From NCBI GenBank assembly GCA_902783885.1, contig CACZSQ010000073.1, positions 1,439-65,438 of the forward strand: a DNA stretch of 64,000 nucleotides. Direction: 5' to 3'. A model generated the notes under the pieces. It was not told the DNA's origin. It searched no databases and saw only the letters and a program-made list of their open reading frames with translations. Source of the DNA: an uncultured Bacteroidales bacterium. GTDB lineage: Bacteria > Bacteroidota > Bacteroidia > Bacteroidales > Bacteroidaceae. Positions 22,838-32,648 of this stretch are shown here, piece by piece. Numbering within the stretch: position 1 is the stretch's first letter; the number at the start of each line of letters is the position of its first letter. The translations under genes and the position numbers were made by a program.

Positions 22838-25800
22838 ATGAAAAAAAGAGTAACAATGCTTTTGGCAAGCCTCTTCCTCTTCGTGGGGGGAGCCCTTGCT
22901 CAAGAGACCATCAAGGGCACCGTCATCTCTGCCGATGACGGTGAACCGCTCCCTGGTGCGTCTGTTAAGATTCTCGGTGAAAAAACCGGCACCATCACAA
23001 ACATCGATGGTGAATTCACAATCGAAGTGCCCAACAGCGACACTCGTCTGGAGTTCTCGCACATCGGCATGAAGAGCCGCATCATCCGTGGCCGCACGGG
23101 TATGCGCATCGCCCTCGACTCCGACAATCAGTTGCTGGACGAGGTGATGGTTGTGGCATACGGTACGGCTAAGAAGTCGTCTTTCACGGGTTCTGCTGCC
23201 ATGGTGAAGTCTGAGGACATCGCCAAGATGCAAGTGAACAACCCTGTGGACGCCCTGCGCGGCAAGGTGGCCGGCGTGCAGCTGACCAACAGCAGCGGCG
23301 CCCCCGGACAGACGTCACCGACCATCCGCATCCGCGGTATCAACTCCATCAATGCCGGCACAGCTCCTTTGTATGTCATCGACGGCGTGCCCACAGGTTC
23401 TAACTTCGACCTCAACAACCTCAATGCTCAGGATATTGAGAGCATGAGCGTGCTGAAGGATGCTGCCGCCAGTGCCCTTTACGGTGCACGCGGTGCCAAT
23501 GGTGTCATCCTCATCACCACCAAGAAAGGTCGCCAGGGCAGCACCAGCATCACCGTAGATGCCAAGTGGGGTTCCAACTCCAGAGGCGTGCCCAACTACG
23601 ACGTCATCACCGACCCGGGCCAGTACTACGAGATGTGGTACGGTGCTTTGAACTCCTATGCCAAGAACGGTCTCGGCTACAACGACAACCAGGCATACAT
23701 CTGGGCCAACCAGCATCTGACCACCAACGATGCTCCCGGTCTGGGTTATAACGTCTTTACCGTTCCCGACGGCCAGAACCTCATCGGACGCAGCGGCCGC
23801 CTCAACCCCAATGCCACTCTCGGTCGCCTGCACACCTATAAAGATAAGCAGTATATGCTTTATCCCGATAACTGGGCAGATGAGACCTATCGCAACGGCC
23901 TGCGCCAGGAATACAGCGTCACCGCTAATGGCAGCAACGACAAGGCCAGTTTCTACACATCAGCCAACTACCTGAAGAACGAGGGTATCGTTCGCGAGTC
24001 AAGCTTCGAGCGCTTCACCGGCCGTTTGAAGGCCGACTATCAGCTTCGCCCCTGGTTGAAGCTCGCCGGCAACTTCGGCTACACCCACTACAAAACCAAA
24101 CAGAGCACGCCCGATGACGAAGGTTCTGCCGGTTCCAGTGGCAACCTGTTCGCCGTCAACACGATGGCTCCTATCTATCCCCTGTATGTCCGCGATGCCG
24201 CCGGCAACATCATCCACGATCCCCTCACGGGCATCTCCATGTATGACTACGGTACAAGCGCTGTCACCAACAACACCATTATCGGTCTGGACCGCCCTGC
24301 TACGGCTATGGGCTCGGGCAACCCCGTTGCTGCCAGCCAGCTGGACAAGGTGTACTATATCGGTAATGCCTTCAATGCTAACGGTACCGCCGAGATTCGC
24401 TTCCTCAAGGACTTCAAGTTCACAAGCTCCAACTCTGTCTTCATCGACGAGAGCCGCTCTACATCGACATCCAACCCCTATTATGGACAGTATGTTGCCA
24501 ATAACGGCACCATCTACAAGTCTCAGGGACGCACCATCAGCACCAATTTCCTGCAGCAGTTAGACTGGAGCCACAGCTTTGGCAAACACAATGTAGATCT
24601 GATGGTCGCTCACGAGTCTTACCGCTTCGTTAGTGATGTTGTCAGCGGTAACAAGAGTAATCAGTTCAACCCCGACAACGACGAGCTCTCCGGCGCTGTC
24701 ATCGTAGGTTCCACGAACTCTTCTGAAAGCGAGTACAACACCGAAGGTTTCCTCGGTCGCGCACAGTACAACTTCAACGAGAAGTACTTCCTGAGCGGCA
24801 GCTTCCGTCGCGATGCATCCTCACGCTTCCACCCCGACCACCGCTGGGGTAACTTCTGGAGCGCAGGTGCAGCCTGGCTGCTGAACAAGGAGAGTTTCCT
24901 GAAGAATGTGAAGTGGATTGATGAACTGAAATTCAAGGCCAGCTACGGTGAGCAGGGTAACGACAACCTGCCTTACAGCTACCTCTACACCACCACCTAC
25001 GCTATCGAGAACTCCAACGACAACGTCTCTCTCGTGCCCAACATCAAGGGTAATGAGAATATCACCTGGGAAACCGTGAGCACGTTCAACACGGGCTTCG
25101 ACTTCAGCCTGTGGAAAGGCCGTCTCTCCGGTGGCATCGAGTTCTACTACAAGAAGACGCGCGATATGCTCTACGCCTTCTCACTCCCGACCTCCTTCGG
25201 CTTCACCTACTATTATGATAACATCGGTGATATGCGCAACAGCGGTATTGAGTTGGAACTCCGTGGCGACCTCATTCGCACACAGGACATCACCCTCAGC
25301 CTCTATGCCAACGCTGCTTCGAACAGCAACAAAATCACCTTCATGCCCGAGGAGAACAAAACCACAGAGTGCGACGGCGTTCAGGGTTACGTCAGCGGTA
25401 GCTATTTCATCGGTGAGGGCGAGAGCATGTACAACTACCGCCTCCGCAAGTTTGCAGGCGTTGACCCCGAAACCGGTGTGGCACAATACTGGCGCGACGT
25501 GAAAGACGCCAGCGGCAATGTCATCGGCGAGGAGAAGGTCACCAATCCCTCTGACGCCACCTATCACCTCTGCGGCAGCGCCCTGCCCACATGGACCGGC
25601 GGCTTCGGCCTGAACTTCGAGGCCAAGGGCATCGACTTCAGCATGGACTTCGGCTACCAGCTCGGCGGCCAGATGTACGACAACGGCTATGCCGACGTGA
25701 TGGGCGTGGACAAAGGACAGGCCATCCACAAGGACATGATGAACGCCTGGAACCCCACCAACAAGTACTCCGACATTCCCCGTTATTACTACAACGAGAA

Positions 25801-26065
25801 ATATGCCCCCAATTATGCTTCCGACCGCTTCCTCATCAGCTCCAACTACCTCAGCCTGAACAACATCACACTGGGCTACACCCTTCCTGTGACGCTGACC
25901 AGCAAGATTGGTCTCTCCAAGGTTCGCTTCTATGCCACTGCAGACAATGTCTGGGTATGGAGCAAGCGCAAGGGCCTCGACCCCCGCATGAGCCTGACAG
26001 CAGGTTCTAGCGCCTACTACACAGCTGTTCGCACCATCTCTGGCGGTGTCAGCGTAACCTTCTAA
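22838..26065 (+). CDS. SusC/RagA family TonB-linked outer membrane protein
   Basis: 1075 aa. Signal peptide, then a CarboxypepD_reg-like IKGTVISADDGEPLPGASVKILGEKTGTITNIDGEFTIEV, a TonB-box-like DEVMVVAYGTAKK, a plug and a large barrel. Ends GGVSVTF. No STN signalling domain. Confidence 0.9.
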   Translation: MKKRVTMLLASLFLFVGGALAQETIKGTVISADDGEPLPGASVKILGEKTGTITNIDGEFTIEVPNSDTRLEFSHIGMKSRIIRGRTGMRIALDSDNQLLDEVMVVAYGTAKKSSFTGSAAMVKSEDIAKMQVNNPVDALRGKVAGVQLTNSSGAPGQTSPTIRIRGINSINAGTAPLYVIDGVPTGSNFDLNNLNAQDIESMSVLKDAAASALYGARGANGVILITTKKGRQGSTSITVDAKWGSNSRGVPNYDVITDPGQYYEMWYGALNSYAKNGLGYNDNQAYIWANQHLTTNDAPGLGYNVFTVPDGQNLIGRSGRLNPNATLGRLHTYKDKQYMLYPDNWADETYRNGLRQEYSVTANGSNDKASFYTSANYLKNEGIVRESSFERFTGRLKADYQLRPWLKLAGNFGYTHYKTKQSTPDDEGSAGSSGNLFAVNTMAPIYPLYVRDAAGNIIHDPLTGISMYDYGTSAVTNNTIIGLDRPATAMGSGNPVAASQLDKVYYIGNAFNANGTAEIRFLKDFKFTSSNSVFIDESRSTSTSNPYYGQYVANNGTIYKSQGRTISTNFLQQLDWSHSFGKHNVDLMVAHESYRFVSDVVSGNKSNQFNPDNDELSGAVIVGSTNSSESEYNTEGFLGRAQYNFNEKYFLSGSFRRDASSRFHPDHRWGNFWSAGAAWLLNKESFLKNVKWIDELKFKASYGEQGNDNLPYSYLYTTTYAIENSNDNVSLVPNIKGNENITWETVSTFNTGFDFSLWKGRLSGGIEFYYKKTRDMLYAFSLPTSFGFTYYYDNIGDMRNSGIELELRGDLIRTQDITLSLYANAASNSNKITFMPEENKTTECDGVQGYVSGSYFIGEGESMYNYRLRKFAGVDPETGVAQYWRDVKDASGNVIGEEKVTNPSDATYHLCGSALPTWTGGFGLNFEAKGIDFSMDFGYQLGGQMYDNGYADVMGVDKGQAIHKDMMNAWNPTNKYSDIPRYYYNEKYAPNYASDRFLISSNYLSLNNITLGYTLPVTLTSKIGLSKVRFYATADNVWVWSKRKGLDPRMSLTAGSSAYYTAVRTISGGVSVTF

Positions 26066-26090
26066 CACGAACTCTCATTCCATTTAAGAT

Positions 26091-27713
26091 ATGAAGACAA
26101 TGAAAAAATATATTTATTCACTTCTCACGGTGGGGGTTGCATCGATGGCGCTTGTCAACACAAGCTGCATCGAGGAAGTAGTGCCCACCACCGTCGCCAC
26201 GACAGAGCAGGTTGGCGCCAGCGCCAAGTCCACGGAAGGACTGCTCTTCGCCATGCCGCAGTACCTCAATGCCGGTAACGATGACTATCACTTCCAGTTC
26301 GGCTACGGCTGCATGATTCACGTCCGCGACGTGATGACAGGTGATATGCCTATCACCTTCCATGACTACGACTGGTTCTCACCTTGGACTGAGAACGATG
26401 GTCTCTCCAAGAACCTGGCCCGTTCCAGCTACATCTACAACTACTATTACAAGCTTGTGCAGACGGCCAACAACCTCATCAGCGTTGTCAATCCCGAGTC
26501 TGCCAGCGAAGAGACGCTCGGCAACCTGGGTGCTGCCCTCGCCTATCGCGCCATGACCTATCTGGATCTCGCACGTATGTATGAGTTCCTGCCCAACGAC
26601 AAAATCAATGGTGTGAACGCCGACGGCAACAATGTCACAGGCCTCACTGTTCCTATTGTCCGCGAGACCACTACAGAGGAGCAATCCCGCAATAACCCGC
26701 GCGTGACACACCAAGCCATGTACGACTTCATCCTGGCTGACCTGGAGAATGCCGAGAAGTACATCGTCGGCTTCAAGCAGACGAGCAAGACGTTCCCGCA
26801 TCTCGATGCCGTCTATGGTCTGAAAGCCCGCCTCTATATGTGGAACGAGGACTATGCCAATGCAGAGAAGTATGCCCGCCTGGCTATCAACGAGGCCAAG
26901 AATCTGAAGACTGTTCCCATGACAGAAAAGGAATGCCTCGACACCAAGACTGGCTTCAACGACATCACCAAGTGGATGTGGGGTGCACAGCAGACCTCCG
27001 AGGACTACACCGTCCAAACCGGTATCATCAACTGGACCAGCTGGATGAGCAACGAGACCTCCTTCGGCTACGCATCTGCCGGTCCGTACGTGATGATTGA
27101 CAAGAGCCTCTACGACAAGATTGCCGGCTCCGACTTCCGCAAGCGTATGTTCAAGGCCCCCAAGGGCTCACCCCTCTACGGCAAGAGCGAATATCTGGAT
27201 GCTGAAGCCGCAGAGAGCTATCCCGACTATGCCTCCCTCAAGTTCCGTCCCAATGCCGGCGAGATGGAGGACTACAAGACCGGTGCTGCCAGCGCCTTCC
27301 CCCTCATGCGTGTTGAGGAGATGTACCTCATCGAGGCCGAGGCTGCTGCCCAGCAGGATCCCGGACGTGGCGTCAGCCTGATTAACTCGTTCATGAAGAA
27401 CTTCCGCGACCCAAGCTACAACTGCAAGGCCGCTACGAAGGACGATGTGGTTCAGGAAATCGTGCTTCAGAAGCGCATCGAGCTCTGGGGCGAAGGCCAC
27501 ACCTTCTTTGACATCAAGCGTCTGAATATGCCTGTCACCCGTTCCTATCCCGGTACGAACTACGACGACAGCAAAGCTTGGTTCAACACCACGACACGTC
27601 CGGCATGGATGAACTTCGTGATTTCACAGAGCGAGGAAGACAACAACAACGGCGTTGTCGGATGGAACAACCCCGACACCAGCGGTTGCTACGATGTTGT
27701 CGCTCAGGAGTAA
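26091..27713 (+). CDS. SusD/RagB family nutrient-binding outer membrane lipoprotein
   Basis: 540 aa, immediately after SusC. Lipoprotein-type signal (LVNTSC). Helical TPR-like composition with motifs such as AYRAMTYLDLARMY and LQKRIELWGEGHTFFDIKR. Confidence 0.8.
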   Translation: MKTMKKYIYSLLTVGVASMALVNTSCIEEVVPTTVATTEQVGASAKSTEGLLFAMPQYLNAGNDDYHFQFGYGCMIHVRDVMTGDMPITFHDYDWFSPWTENDGLSKNLARSSYIYNYYYKLVQTANNLISVVNPESASEETLGNLGAALAYRAMTYLDLARMYEFLPNDKINGVNADGNNVTGLTVPIVRETTTEEQSRNNPRVTHQAMYDFILADLENAEKYIVGFKQTSKTFPHLDAVYGLKARLYMWNEDYANAEKYARLAINEAKNLKTVPMTEKECLDTKTGFNDITKWMWGAQQTSEDYTVQTGIINWTSWMSNETSFGYASAGPYVMIDKSLYDKIAGSDFRKRMFKAPKGSPLYGKSEYLDAEAAESYPDYASLKFRPNAGEMEDYKTGAASAFPLMRVEEMYLIEAEAAAQQDPGRGVSLINSFMKNFRDPSYNCKAATKDDVVQEIVLQKRIELWGEGHTFFDIKRLNMPVTRSYPGTNYDDSKAWFNTTTRPAWMNFVISQSEEDNNNGVVGWNNPDTSGCYDVVAQE

Positions 27714-27745
27714 ATAATGTGTAATACCGTAAAAAAGAAAGAACG

Positions 27746-29662
27746 ATGAAAAAATTATATATTTATCCTCTTGCATTGGCATTTGCCGCCTTCGCTCTTG
27801 CTGCCTGCTCCGGCGACGACGACGAACTGGCTCCAGGCGAATGGAATGCTGCTGAGAACTATGCCAATGTAGCGTTCGAGAAGCTGCAGACCAGCGAGGA
27901 ACTGGACCCTGCTGATGCCACCGATGCCTTTATCAAGGTAACACGCCAGAACACCAGTGGCGCTATCACAGTCCCCGTCAAGATTGTCACCAACACTGAC
28001 GATGTCTTCACCGTGGATCCCCTCACCTTCGCCGATGGCGAGGCCGAGGCCAACCTGTCCTTCCACTTCCCCGATGCCGAGGTGGGCAAGCCCTACACCT
28101 TGGAAGTTGAGATTAGTGACCCGAAATTCGTATCTGAATACACCTCTGTTTCCACCTATTCCTACACGGTGACTCGTGTGAAGTGGAACGATGTCAGCTA
28201 CATTATCAACAACGGGCAGAAGATATACGGCTATGCAGCCTATACCGAAGATTTGGTAACAACCTTCTTTGCAGTACCCAACATCACGTTCCCTACACGT
28301 TTGCAGGAGCGCGATGATATGCCCGGCTACTTCCGTATGGTGAACACCTACGGTGCCAACTATCCCGCCCTTGAAGAAGGCCAATGGGATCCGGAGAATG
28401 ATTACTACATCTACATCGATGCCACCGATCCTGACAAAGTATATATTCCAGAAGCTTGCAACACCGGTATGGATGTGAACTATGGCTTCTGCTATGTATG
28501 GAGTATGGTAGGTCTCGGCATGAAGCGTGAAAGACAGGATTACATTGACGGTAACTATGGCACCTATGAAAATGGTGTCATCACCTTCCCGAAGGGTGCC
28601 CTGCTCTTTGGTATGGAAAAATATAACGACCTCGGCTTCTATGATTCCAATAACAATGGCGCTTTCAGACTTGTTGTAGATCCTGACAAGGACCTCTACG
28701 TGGCAGATCCGAGAACAGACTTCACCTTTGAGAACGAATTCCTTGGAACGTTGAACTCCTCGCTGTTGGTGGCCAAACGCGACGCCATGTTCCAGAAAGG
28801 CACTTGCGTCAATGACAAGGATGACTGCGACAAGCGCTTTGAAGAAGAGTATGGCACTCTCTATCGCCTGCAGGCACCCTACGCCAATGGCTACGACCTC
28901 CTGTTCGCCATCGATGACAAGGGCATCGTGAGTGTTCCCACAGGTCTGGAGAAGCAAATCACTGGCATGAAATCCGTCAACAAGGACGTGTTCGCAGCCA
29001 TCAACGGCGGAGCTTCATCCTACGATGCAGAAGGACAATACCTCAAACTCACTATCGAATTCTTCGATGAGAACGGTCTGAGTCTCGGCGAGTTCGTTGA
29101 AGAGCTCACCTACAAGCCCGTCTGGAATCAAGTAGGAACAGGCACCTACACCTATTGGGCGTGGGACGGCGAAGAAGCTGAACCCGATCCTGGTTACACC
29201 TTCTCCAAGCGCCCCGATAAGGATGATGCATACCGCATTGACGAGTGGTTCTATGGCGCACCATTGGAGTTCACCTGGGATCAAGAGACCAATGCCTTGA
29301 CAGTTCCTTTCCAAAGCACAGAACACAAGGAGGAAGGTGAAATGATATACGTGGCTGACTACAACACCTGGACTGGAAGCGATAGTGAGCAAACGCAGAG
29401 CTACTTCGATTCCGAAAAGAATACGTTCATGTTCTTCATGGTTTATGGAACAGAAGAACAAGGATGGTATGCGGACTGGGAAACCTTCGAAGTCGAATTC
29501 ACAGAAGGCGGTAACGTCAAGGCGAAGTTAATCAGCAGCCGTCCCGCCTTCAGGGGAATGAAACTCCAGAAGAAATACAAGTGGAATCCTCTGGCACGTC
29601 TTACTCCTAAGAAGAATTTGAAGCAGATTCGTCTTCGCAAAGACGCTCAACCCCTGAGATAA
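27746..29662 (+). CDS. Surface lipoprotein of unknown function (third gene of the SusC/D locus)
   Basis: 638 aa. Lipobox LAACSGDDDE. No catalytic motif recognised. Its position matches SusE/F-like accessory glycan- or protein-binding lipoproteins. Confidence 0.6.
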   Translation: MKKLYIYPLALAFAAFALAACSGDDDELAPGEWNAAENYANVAFEKLQTSEELDPADATDAFIKVTRQNTSGAITVPVKIVTNTDDVFTVDPLTFADGEAEANLSFHFPDAEVGKPYTLEVEISDPKFVSEYTSVSTYSYTVTRVKWNDVSYIINNGQKIYGYAAYTEDLVTTFFAVPNITFPTRLQERDDMPGYFRMVNTYGANYPALEEGQWDPENDYYIYIDATDPDKVYIPEACNTGMDVNYGFCYVWSMVGLGMKRERQDYIDGNYGTYENGVITFPKGALLFGMEKYNDLGFYDSNNNGAFRLVVDPDKDLYVADPRTDFTFENEFLGTLNSSLLVAKRDAMFQKGTCVNDKDDCDKRFEEEYGTLYRLQAPYANGYDLLFAIDDKGIVSVPTGLEKQITGMKSVNKDVFAAINGGASSYDAEGQYLKLTIEFFDENGLSLGEFVEELTYKPVWNQVGTGTYTYWAWDGEEAEPDPGYTFSKRPDKDDAYRIDEWFYGAPLEFTWDQETNALTVPFQSTEHKEEGEMIYVADYNTWTGSDSEQTQSYFDSEKNTFMFFMVYGTEEQGWYADWETFEVEFTEGGNVKAKLISSRPAFRGMKLQKKYKWNPLARLTPKKNLKQIRLRKDAQPLR

Positions 29663-29690
29663 GCAGGACATTATCAGACCCTATCATCAA

Positions 29691-29732
29691 GAGGCTGTGT
29701 CATGGAAGTGGCACAGCCTCTTTCGTTGTTTT
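29691..29732 (+). terminator. Rho-independent terminator
   Basis: gaggctgtg - loop - cacagcctc, followed by tttcgttgtttt. Confidence 0.65.
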
Positions 29733-29856
29733 ATGTCCCGTATAGATGTTAAATTGTGTTTTTATTCGTTTTTTCTTGCATCATTCAAGAATTTTACCGA
29801 ACTTTGCCACGATAATATGCCAAAATAGGGTTTAATACAATTAATTTTCTATACTT

Positions 29857-31650
29857 ATGAAGAAACTGATTCTTTCCGCCCTCGTTCTGTTGTGCGCCAG
29901 CAGCCTCATGGCTACCGACCGCACCACCAACGAGATGAAGGCCATTGCCGCCCAACAGCTTCTGGGTGCCGGCGTGAAGGCCGCAGGCAAGGGGCAAGCC
30001 CTCAAACTGACCTGTGTGCAGGAGGATTCCTCTTTCGCCATCTATACTCCCGAGAACAATGCCGGCTTCGTCATCGTGAGCCGCGATGACTCGGTATTAC
30101 CGGTTCTGGCTTACTCCACAACCTCTTTTGATGCCAATAATGTGCCTTCCGACCTGCAATGGTGGCTCGAACGTACGTCAAAATGTCTGGAGACATACCG
30201 TGCCAAGGGTCGGAAAGTTCCTGTGTGGGAATCTGGTTTTGAACCCATTGCTCCCATGATGACGACGAAATGGGGACAAGAAGACTTCTTCAATACCATG
30301 ACTCCAATATTCAGCGATAAACATGCCATGACAGGTTGCGTGGCTACGACCATGGCGCAGGTCATGAACTACAACCAGTGGCCCACAAGCGCCAACTTCA
30401 CTGGTTATTATTTCACCGAAACACCTAATGATCCATACAACCCGACGAATTATGAGACGGCCACCGTCAGCAGCACCTATGTCTGGCCGCTGCCAGACTT
30501 TTTCGGGCAGTATTATCCTGATGGTTATGCGCCTGGTACGGGGCCGTCATATATGAATCAAGGGAAGACACCGAGCAAAAGGGTTGCCACACTGATGCGC
30601 GACTGCGGTTACTCTGTCGGCATGCAGTATTCACCCAATGGCAGCGGTGCACAAATCCGCGATGCCGCCTATGCATTTGTCAGCTTTTTCGGATATCCTG
30701 CAGAGAGCGTCAAATACAGGATGAAGAATAATCGGTTTCAAGATAGCGCTCCCTTCTACAGAGACCGCGAATGGCTGCAGATTATTGCCAATGAGCTCAG
30801 ATGCGGTTCACCTGTCATCTACGGCGCTCAGGATGATTCAGGAAAGGGCGGACACGCTTTCGTGTTCCATGGAATGGACGAGGACGGACGTGTCTATGTC
30901 AACTGGGGATGGAACGGAAGGAATGATGGTTATTATGCTTTCAACTATCTAAATACCGACATCGGAGATTTCAATACCGATATGGACATGGTTACCGGTA
31001 TCCGTCCGAAAGCAGAGGAAACAGACGGAATCGAATCGTTGTTCGTATCTTTGGATACATACTCCTTCAAATGGGATCCCACACAGCCTTATCCTTTGCA
31101 ATTAGAAGTTCCAGGCGATCTATATTACTATTCCACCAATAACGACTTCTTCGGGCAAATCTATGTTGTCTTTGAGGATCTCACCGACGGTAGCGTCATT
31201 CATGAGGTTTACGTGGACATTATTTCCCTGGGTTGGGAACCGATGGCTATCGGAAGCGGTTTGATTGGTCTTGACGGTGGGTGTGAGACAGAGTTAGTCG
31301 AAGGTCACCACTATCGTGCCTACTTGGCCAGCAAAACACAAGGTGAGAAAGGCTACAGCCCTGTGCGCATTCCCGGTGGTGCTGTTGCTCACACCCTCTA
31401 CGTAGATACCGAAGGAGTTGTCAGCGTTGTAGGAACCGAGTTTATGGAAGTGCCGGAAATCATTCCCACAGCCGTGAAGGATGTGCGCAACGCCGAAGAG
31501 ACCGTCAATGCGGACGTCACCTACGTGTATGACCTGCAGGGCCGCCTCGTACACCGCGCACCCACCTCTTCGTTCAACCTCTGGAACGTTCCCGCCCGCG
31601 GCGTCCTTGTCATCAAGCAAGGCAACAAGACCCGCAAGGTCGTACGCTAA
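29857..31650 (+). CDS. C10 family cysteine peptidase (streptopain/interpain-like) with a T9SS-type C-terminal tail
   Basis: KWGQEDFFNTMTP, MTGCVATTMAQVMNYNQWP (catalytic Cys context), GGHAFVFHGMDEDGRVYVNWGWNG (catalytic His context). Ends VYDLQGRLVHRAP...GVLVIKQGNKTRKVVR. Confidence 0.8.
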   Translation: MKKLILSALVLLCASSLMATDRTTNEMKAIAAQQLLGAGVKAAGKGQALKLTCVQEDSSFAIYTPENNAGFVIVSRDDSVLPVLAYSTTSFDANNVPSDLQWWLERTSKCLETYRAKGRKVPVWESGFEPIAPMMTTKWGQEDFFNTMTPIFSDKHAMTGCVATTMAQVMNYNQWPTSANFTGYYFTETPNDPYNPTNYETATVSSTYVWPLPDFFGQYYPDGYAPGTGPSYMNQGKTPSKRVATLMRDCGYSVGMQYSPNGSGAQIRDAAYAFVSFFGYPAESVKYRMKNNRFQDSAPFYRDREWLQIIANELRCGSPVIYGAQDDSGKGGHAFVFHGMDEDGRVYVNWGWNGRNDGYYAFNYLNTDIGDFNTDMDMVTGIRPKAEETDGIESLFVSLDTYSFKWDPTQPYPLQLEVPGDLYYYSTNNDFFGQIYVVFEDLTDGSVIHEVYVDIISLGWEPMAIGSGLIGLDGGCETELVEGHHYRAYLASKTQGEKGYSPVRIPGGAVAHTLYVDTEGVVSVVGTEFMEVPEIIPTAVKDVRNAEETVNADVTYVYDLQGRLVHRAPTSSFNLWNVPARGVLVIKQGNKTRKVVR

Positions 31651-31658
31651 GAGCTTAA

Positions 31659-31724
31659 CGCTTTTGCCATTGGTGGCAAATGCTTTTGCCATTGGTGGTA
31701 AATGCTTTTGCCATTGGTGGAAAA
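31659..31724. repeat. 3 x 22-bp tandem hairpin units
   Basis: cgcttttgccattggtggcaaa, tgcttttgccattggtggtaaa, tgcttttgccattggtggaaaa. tttgcca-ttgg-tggcaaa is a palindrome. The array starts 9 nt after the C10 stop. Confidence 0.85.
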
Positions 31725-31728
31725 ACCA

Positions 31729-31774
31729 AACACGTATATACGTTATTGCAAAAACGTATATACGTGTTTTTTTT
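31729..31774 (+). terminator. Rho-independent terminator (15-bp perfect stem plus T-run)
   Basis: aacacgtatatacgt - tattgcaaaa - acgtatatacgtgtt, followed by tttttt. Confidence 0.8.
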
Positions 31775-31994
31775 AACCCGTTGCACAATAAAGGCATTTG
31801 TGTGCGCGTTGTACCTATATAAAATATATTCACCTACACTCACATCTGCCTATGGAGCAAGATTTACTCGTTACCGTGGAGCTGGATCCCTTCATCTTCA
31901 CACAAGACTTATCGGATTACGACGCCTTAGGGCTTGAACCAGAAGAATCGTCTGTGCAGTATGTGCGCAATTTCGCCCGTCAATTCCGCCCGTT

Positions 31995-32648
31995 ATGAAT
32001 CTGATAGCACCCTCTCTCTTAGCAGCCAACTTTGCCAATCTGCAAGGTGAAATGGAGTGGTTCAACCGTTCCGAGGCCGACTGGCTGCACCTCGATGTGA
32101 TGGACGGTGTTTTCGTCCCCAACATCTCTTTCGGTTTCCCCGTACTGGAGCACGTGGCACGCCTGACCGACAAGCCTCTGGATGTGCATCTGATGATTGT
32201 ACAGCCCGAGAAATTCATCTCACAGGTGCGCGACCTCGGCGCGGCTGTCATGAACGTTCATCAAGAGGCCTGCGTGCACCTTCACCGCACCATCCAACAG
32301 ATTCACGAAGCAGGCATGAAAGCTGCCGTGACGCTGAATCCATCGACCTCCATCACGACCTTGGAAGATATCATCTGCGATGTCGATGTGGTGATGCTCA
32401 TGACCGTGAACCCAGGCTTCGGCGCTCAGAAGTTCATCGAGCACAGTCTGGACAAAGTGCGTCGTCTGCGTCAGATGATACAAGCCACCGGTTCAAAGGC
32501 GCTCATCGAAGTAGATGGCGGTGTCAACCGCAAGACAGCACCGCTGCTGGCACAGGCCGGCGTTGATGTCTTTGTCACGGGCAGCGCTGTCTATGGTGCT
32601 GAAAATCCTGTGGAAGAGGTAAAACTATTGAAGCAGCTCACGGCTTAA
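31995..32648 (+). CDS. rpe: Ribulose-phosphate 3-epimerase
   Basis: IAPSLLAANFANLQGE, WLHLDVMDGVFVPNISFG, MTVNPGFGAQKF, VDGGV. Confidence 0.9.
   Translation: MNLIAPSLLAANFANLQGEMEWFNRSEADWLHLDVMDGVFVPNISFGFPVLEHVARLTDKPLDVHLMIVQPEKFISQVRDLGAAVMNVHQEACVHLHRTIQQIHEAGMKAAVTLNPSTSITTLEDIICDVDVVMLMTVNPGFGAQKFIEHSLDKVRRLRQMIQATGSKALIEVDGGVNRKTAPLLAQAGVDVFVTGSAVYGAENPVEEVKLLKQLTA

Noticed and set aside
29799-29806. Promoter motifs for the C10 peptidase (gaactttg), the sigma factor (agacctttg at about 21640) and fmt (taatctttg at about 14308).
   Set aside because: They deviate from TAnnTTTG by a mismatch or by spacing, so I did not list them as features.
32625-32648. A 24-bp overlap between the 3' ends of the convergent rpe and comEC genes.
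   Set aside because: Tail-to-tail overlaps of this size are common. There is no extra structure or conserved motif.
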